DNA of 63,759 bases, counting the filler, from Gonapodya sp. JEL0774 (Eukaryota), in assembly GCA_027604505.1 (NCBI GenBank). It is 32 parts of 32 records of this genome, joined end to end, with 100 filler letters (N's around TTAATTAATTAA, not from the genome) between each part and the next. Parts side by side here need not be neighbours in the genome. Positions count along the whole stretch, not along the records: positions 59,889 to 61,774 come from JADIIX010002493.1; positions 61,875 to 63,759 come from JADIIX010002494.1; 30 more parts are not named here. The stretch is one strand, 5' to 3'. Below, in pieces: positions 59,889 through 63,759 of this stretch. The position numbers and the translations under genes were made by a program. The notes under the pieces are model-generated. The model worked only from the letters and a program-made list of their open reading frames with translations, had not been told where the DNA came from and ran no database searches. How positions within the stretch are numbered: the first letter of the stretch is position 1; every line of letters starts with the position of its first letter.

Positions 59889-61774
59889 GCCGAAATCTTA
59901 ATACCGTTGCTCATCCGCAGAATCTTTTGATCACCCGATTCAATCCTTCGCGTTGGTGCGTTGATTACCCCTACCGCCACTAAATCAAATTAATCCATTA
60001 TTCTCCATAGGATTGCTCGCATCATGACATCATGGGGTATTCTCGCAGTAAGTACCACTTGGCGTATGCAGTGAATGACGGGCGGAGTTCACTGTGCCTT
60101 TGTAATTTGAGTTGTGATGACATTCTTTTTCTCATTCTCATTCAAAGGCTTGTATGGGAGTCGTTCAAAACTTCGCTGGCTTAGTGGCAGTACGGGCACT
60201 TGTGGGATGCATGGAGGCAGGGTTTGCTCCCGGAACGTGAGCAAATTTGTCCTAGCGGAAATCACCTGCGACAGCAGTACTAACGAGTGTCTCTTAACCA
60301 CCAATATCCCTAGGGCACTCTACCTCTCTTTCTGGTACAAGGTGAGCTGAGCTCGCAATATCAGAATTCTGGCAACTTTTATGTAAATGCTAATCCGTGT
60401 CATTTCACTTTGATTCTCAGAAATACGAAGGTTGGTGGTATGAGTTCGGGAGCTTGGACGGCCAACACACTTATGTTCTCATTCGCGACTACTCTCAGTC
60501 TCTTCCCGGTGGGCGTACATGTTTGGCGGCGCCAGCGTAATCTCGAGTTTAGGAGGTGTCATCGCCTACGGTGTCGCAGGAATGTGAGTCGTTATCACTC
60601 AAATAGAGACCCGCCCCAAGACCTACAATCAATGCTTCGACAAACAGGAACGGTATGGGTGGCATAGCGGGGTGGCGTTGGTGGGTGCGGAACCCATTGT
60701 GCAAGCGATGCTCGCAGTCACCCTGACAAAAGCAAATCGCAGGCTGTTCATTCTTGAAGGTGTCGCATCATCATTCCTCGGAATCACGACTTGGTTTATA
60801 CTCCCTGTGAGCTCAAGCAAATCGGACATTAGCTTCGGGTTTGGTTCTCATGTGCAAACACTCCTTTAGGATTACCCACAGACGTGCCGGTTCCTAAACA
60901 CCCGCGAAAAAGAGATCGTCATCGGTCGCCTACCTCCCTCTGGCCCCTCGGTCGTATCGAAACAGATGGTGGCCAGCGAAATTTGGGATGCGTTCAAAGA
61001 CTGGAGAATGTACTCTCTCAGTTTCGGGCTCATGCTTACATTAATTACTGCTTACGCCATCGCATATTTTGCTCCGAAAGTAAGTGCTAGGCGACTTTAA
61101 ATTGAGATGCAAATGCCAGTCTCATGAACACATGCGATTCTCCAAGGTGATTTTGGCGATGGGATTCGTTTCCACTCAGGCGCAACTTCTCACTGTACCA
61201 ACAGCTCTTCTTGGAGCAATCTGGATCATGTTTATGTGAGTGAGAGACTGAATCCGCTCTTCTGAACTTTGTTTTTATATAGTGTACTTGTGAAGCAACT
61301 GGTCTTCGGATCGCACGCAAGAGAAATTCTTCCACGGACTTGCATGCCTTCTACCGCCGATTGCAGGGTACTTCCTTCTTGCTACCATTCAACCGCAACT
61401 TTCAGCTTACGGCCGATATGGCCTTATCTTTCTGGTCGCACTGACAAACGGCAGTGCGTGACAGCGAGAACTTTCTGAGCTCACGTGCTGCTAATATCAC
61501 AGATGAATTCCGTTTTTAGTTATCCCTCTTATTATTGGACTCAGCACGATCACCACCAAAGGTACATCTCGTACAGCTTTGCGATCTGCCTTCACCGTTG
61601 CCTGTGGAAATCTTGGTATGTGAAACAGTAAAGCTGTGGTCCTTCGCGAAAACTATCTCACGAAAGCCATCCCCATCATCTAGGTGGTGCAATTGGTGGT
61701 CAGATTTACCAGTCCGATGACGCACCGCTATACGTGCGGGGCCACTACATAAACGCGACCCTTCTCGTTGCTGT
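59889..61774 (+). CDS. MFS transporter, anion:cation symporter (Dal5/Tna1-like), partial
   Basis: IARIMTSWG, YLSFWY, GWRW|LFILEG, LPDYP...FL..REK, GGAIGGQIY...DAP.Y..GH. Confidence 0.9.
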
Positions 61775-61874
61775 NNNNNNNNNNNNNNNNNNNNNNNNNN
61801 NNNNNNNNNNNNNNNNNNTTAATTAATTAANNNNNNNNNNNNNNNNNNNNNNNNNNNNNNNNNNNNNNNNNNNN

Positions 61875-63759
61875 AAGCACAACCCGTATGAGAGTCAGCA
61901 AAAAGCTGGTCGGAGTATTCGCAAAACCCTGGTCCACAGGATCAGATCAAACCACACATTGCGACCCGACTTTGACTCGCATCAACTCATTTCTTAACGG
62001 TGAAACCGGTAACATGCAATTTATACATTTCGCAAAGAAATTGTGCACGACATGCTACTGCCGTATTCGAAAAGTTGGGTGCCAATCCACGCAACGCTCA
62101 TCCGATCATGCGCGGCCCAATGAGTTGATCGATACACCACAGTATCACAATTCGATGAAAGTTGTCATTCACTGTTCAAGTGACTCATAAGTCACGTGGG
62201 GGTGAAGTCTGTGTCAGCCTATGAGCCGCACAGAATAATTCACTAAAACCCAGAAAGGTGTCCAAACACCTCCAAAATTTAAACATGACATTTTCCCAAT
62301 GTCTCGAACGTTTCCTGAAAATCCCCCACAATTTGGGCTTCAGGGGTGTCGATAAACTGGACTGTTGGTGGAGGATGTGCAGCAACAGCTGTGCCACACC
62401 GCGTCTCCCACCCAAAACGTTCGCAAAACTCACTGACAACTTACATACGAACATTTCAAATACCGAAAGCATATTTTATATATTCTTCAATGCTCAAGCA
62501 TTGTAATTGCTCATATCCGTAAGACGAGCCGGTGCCACAAAGATGGGCTCGCAGACAATACCAAGTGTCACAATGCGGGAACGCACTTAACCTGCAGACA
62601 CGCTCCAAGGGTATTAAGCTCGAAATGCGTAACACACATTTCCTGTAGATTGCCCCCGGGCGCCACGCATCGAACGTGTGCGGCTAAGGGCATGGCAACA
62701 GCTAGGCGAGACCAGCTGGCAGGCGATGACAATAATACGTTATTGTGGTTTTGGGAAGCCCCAGATGTCACGCGTAGCAGGCGGCTAATGGTGGAACAAC
62801 AAGCAGAGCCGTAGTAGACTCACTTGCCACGCAGATGGTCGTCCTATGCAGTGCCTGGCGGACGGACCCGTACACGTGTTACCATGATTGCGAATTGTTT
62901 CAACGCGATTCATAGAGCTAATACTATGTCGTTTTACATTTTGAATGCACTAGTACGCATCAAAGTTCAACCGACTCGATGAGCCCAACTGAGCTAGGAC
63001 GGAGCCCTCCTCAGGTGCGTAGCACAGGTTCGCGGTTGGGGGGTTATTTACCCTGGTATTGATCAACCGTTTGTGGACGGCACACTCGAAAGTTGACTGT
63101 GGCAGCGCCCACGCCAATACCTACACCATTACATACTGAAGTATGCGACAAAGCGGCTCAAAGTCAGCCACTGACACCATTTGTGTCGCCCACGAGCAGG
63201 CAAACTGCCGATGAGCAAGAAACGAGCGATGCACAACCCTCGTCTAAAAGACGAAGGCTCGCCGCAACTGGTGCAAATCTCATCAACATTGAGAACACCC
63301 GTCAAAACTCCAAATTGAGTGACGAGGAGCACCCTGACATCGAGTCAGAGGCACAAATAGGCCTAGTTGAAGTACAAATTGATCCTGCATACAATTTGCA
63401 CGGAATCATACTCGACGCATTACCAGATACGGGTGCCTCGATCTCGGCGATAAGTTACGACGCATACTCTAAGTACTTTCATAAAGAAGAAAGATACAAA
63501 CGACTAGCCAGTCATCCTGATTTCCATATACGAATCGGAGACAGTCGCATGGTCAAACCACGCGGTCGGATACAACTACCGATCAGCATTAACGGTCACG
63601 GGAAAGTCCATCATATGTTCCATATATTGGACGGACTCCCCTACGATATAGTGTTGGGCACTGGGTATCTCCGTCAAACGGGTGTACTCATGAACTGGGC
63701 CGAAAATTGGCTTAGATTCCCCATGAATGGTGCAACAGTTCACCTTAAACACTATTCAC
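61875..63759 (+). mobile_element. Ty3/gypsy-like LTR retrotransposon remnant: decayed gag-like region and aspartic protease
   Basis: The frame is open from about 63065 to the window end, with retropepsin ALPDTGASISAIS (DTGA at 63426-63437), IRIGD...G and YDIVLG..YL. The upstream region has stops in all frames. Confidence 0.75.

Noticed and set aside
1951..61830. Regularly spaced identical TTAATTAATTAA repeats as a CRISPR-like or biological array
   Set aside because: They are always embedded in N runs at contig joins. This is a synthetic six-frame-stop linker.

Overview
This window is not one continuous locus. It is 32 short contigs of about 1.9 kb, sorted by decreasing length from 1906 to 1885 bp. 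They are joined by an artificial 100-bp spacer (44 N + TTAATTAATTAA + 44 N, with stops in all six frames), so adjacency across spacers carries no information. The DNA is eukaryotic, intron-dense (short GT-AG introns, several microexons) and fungal: it contains a division-2 chitin synthase and Pom152. Exportin-4, USP48, a reeler-domain protein and a Na+/K+-type P2C ATPase suggest an early-diverging (zoosporic, chytrid-like) fungus, which is an inference. Most contigs carry partial housekeeping genes: PFK, OMA1, DPB2/POLE2, SWI1/ARID1-like, MAK16, TXNL1, importin-7, Argonaute, myotubularin, AKR, CFA synthase and permeases. There are also Ty1/copia and Ty3/gypsy remnants. The most notable items are: an intron-containing orphan gene ending in a PD-(D/E)xK restriction-endonuclease-like domain; a P2C ATPase with PQGL instead of PEGL; a strongly CpG-depleted but apparently intact importin-7 gene next to decayed sequence; a copia element with a half-tRNA(iMet) primer site; a tandem pair of CmcJ/NvfI-family genes, one ending in PTS1; a Shisa/WBP1-like receptor architecture; a reeler protein with a Met/Thr-rich stalk; a 6-nt microexon inside the thioredoxin WCGPC site; and two contigs that overlap with haplotype-like differences. 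All calls come from reading motifs by eye; no database searches were run.
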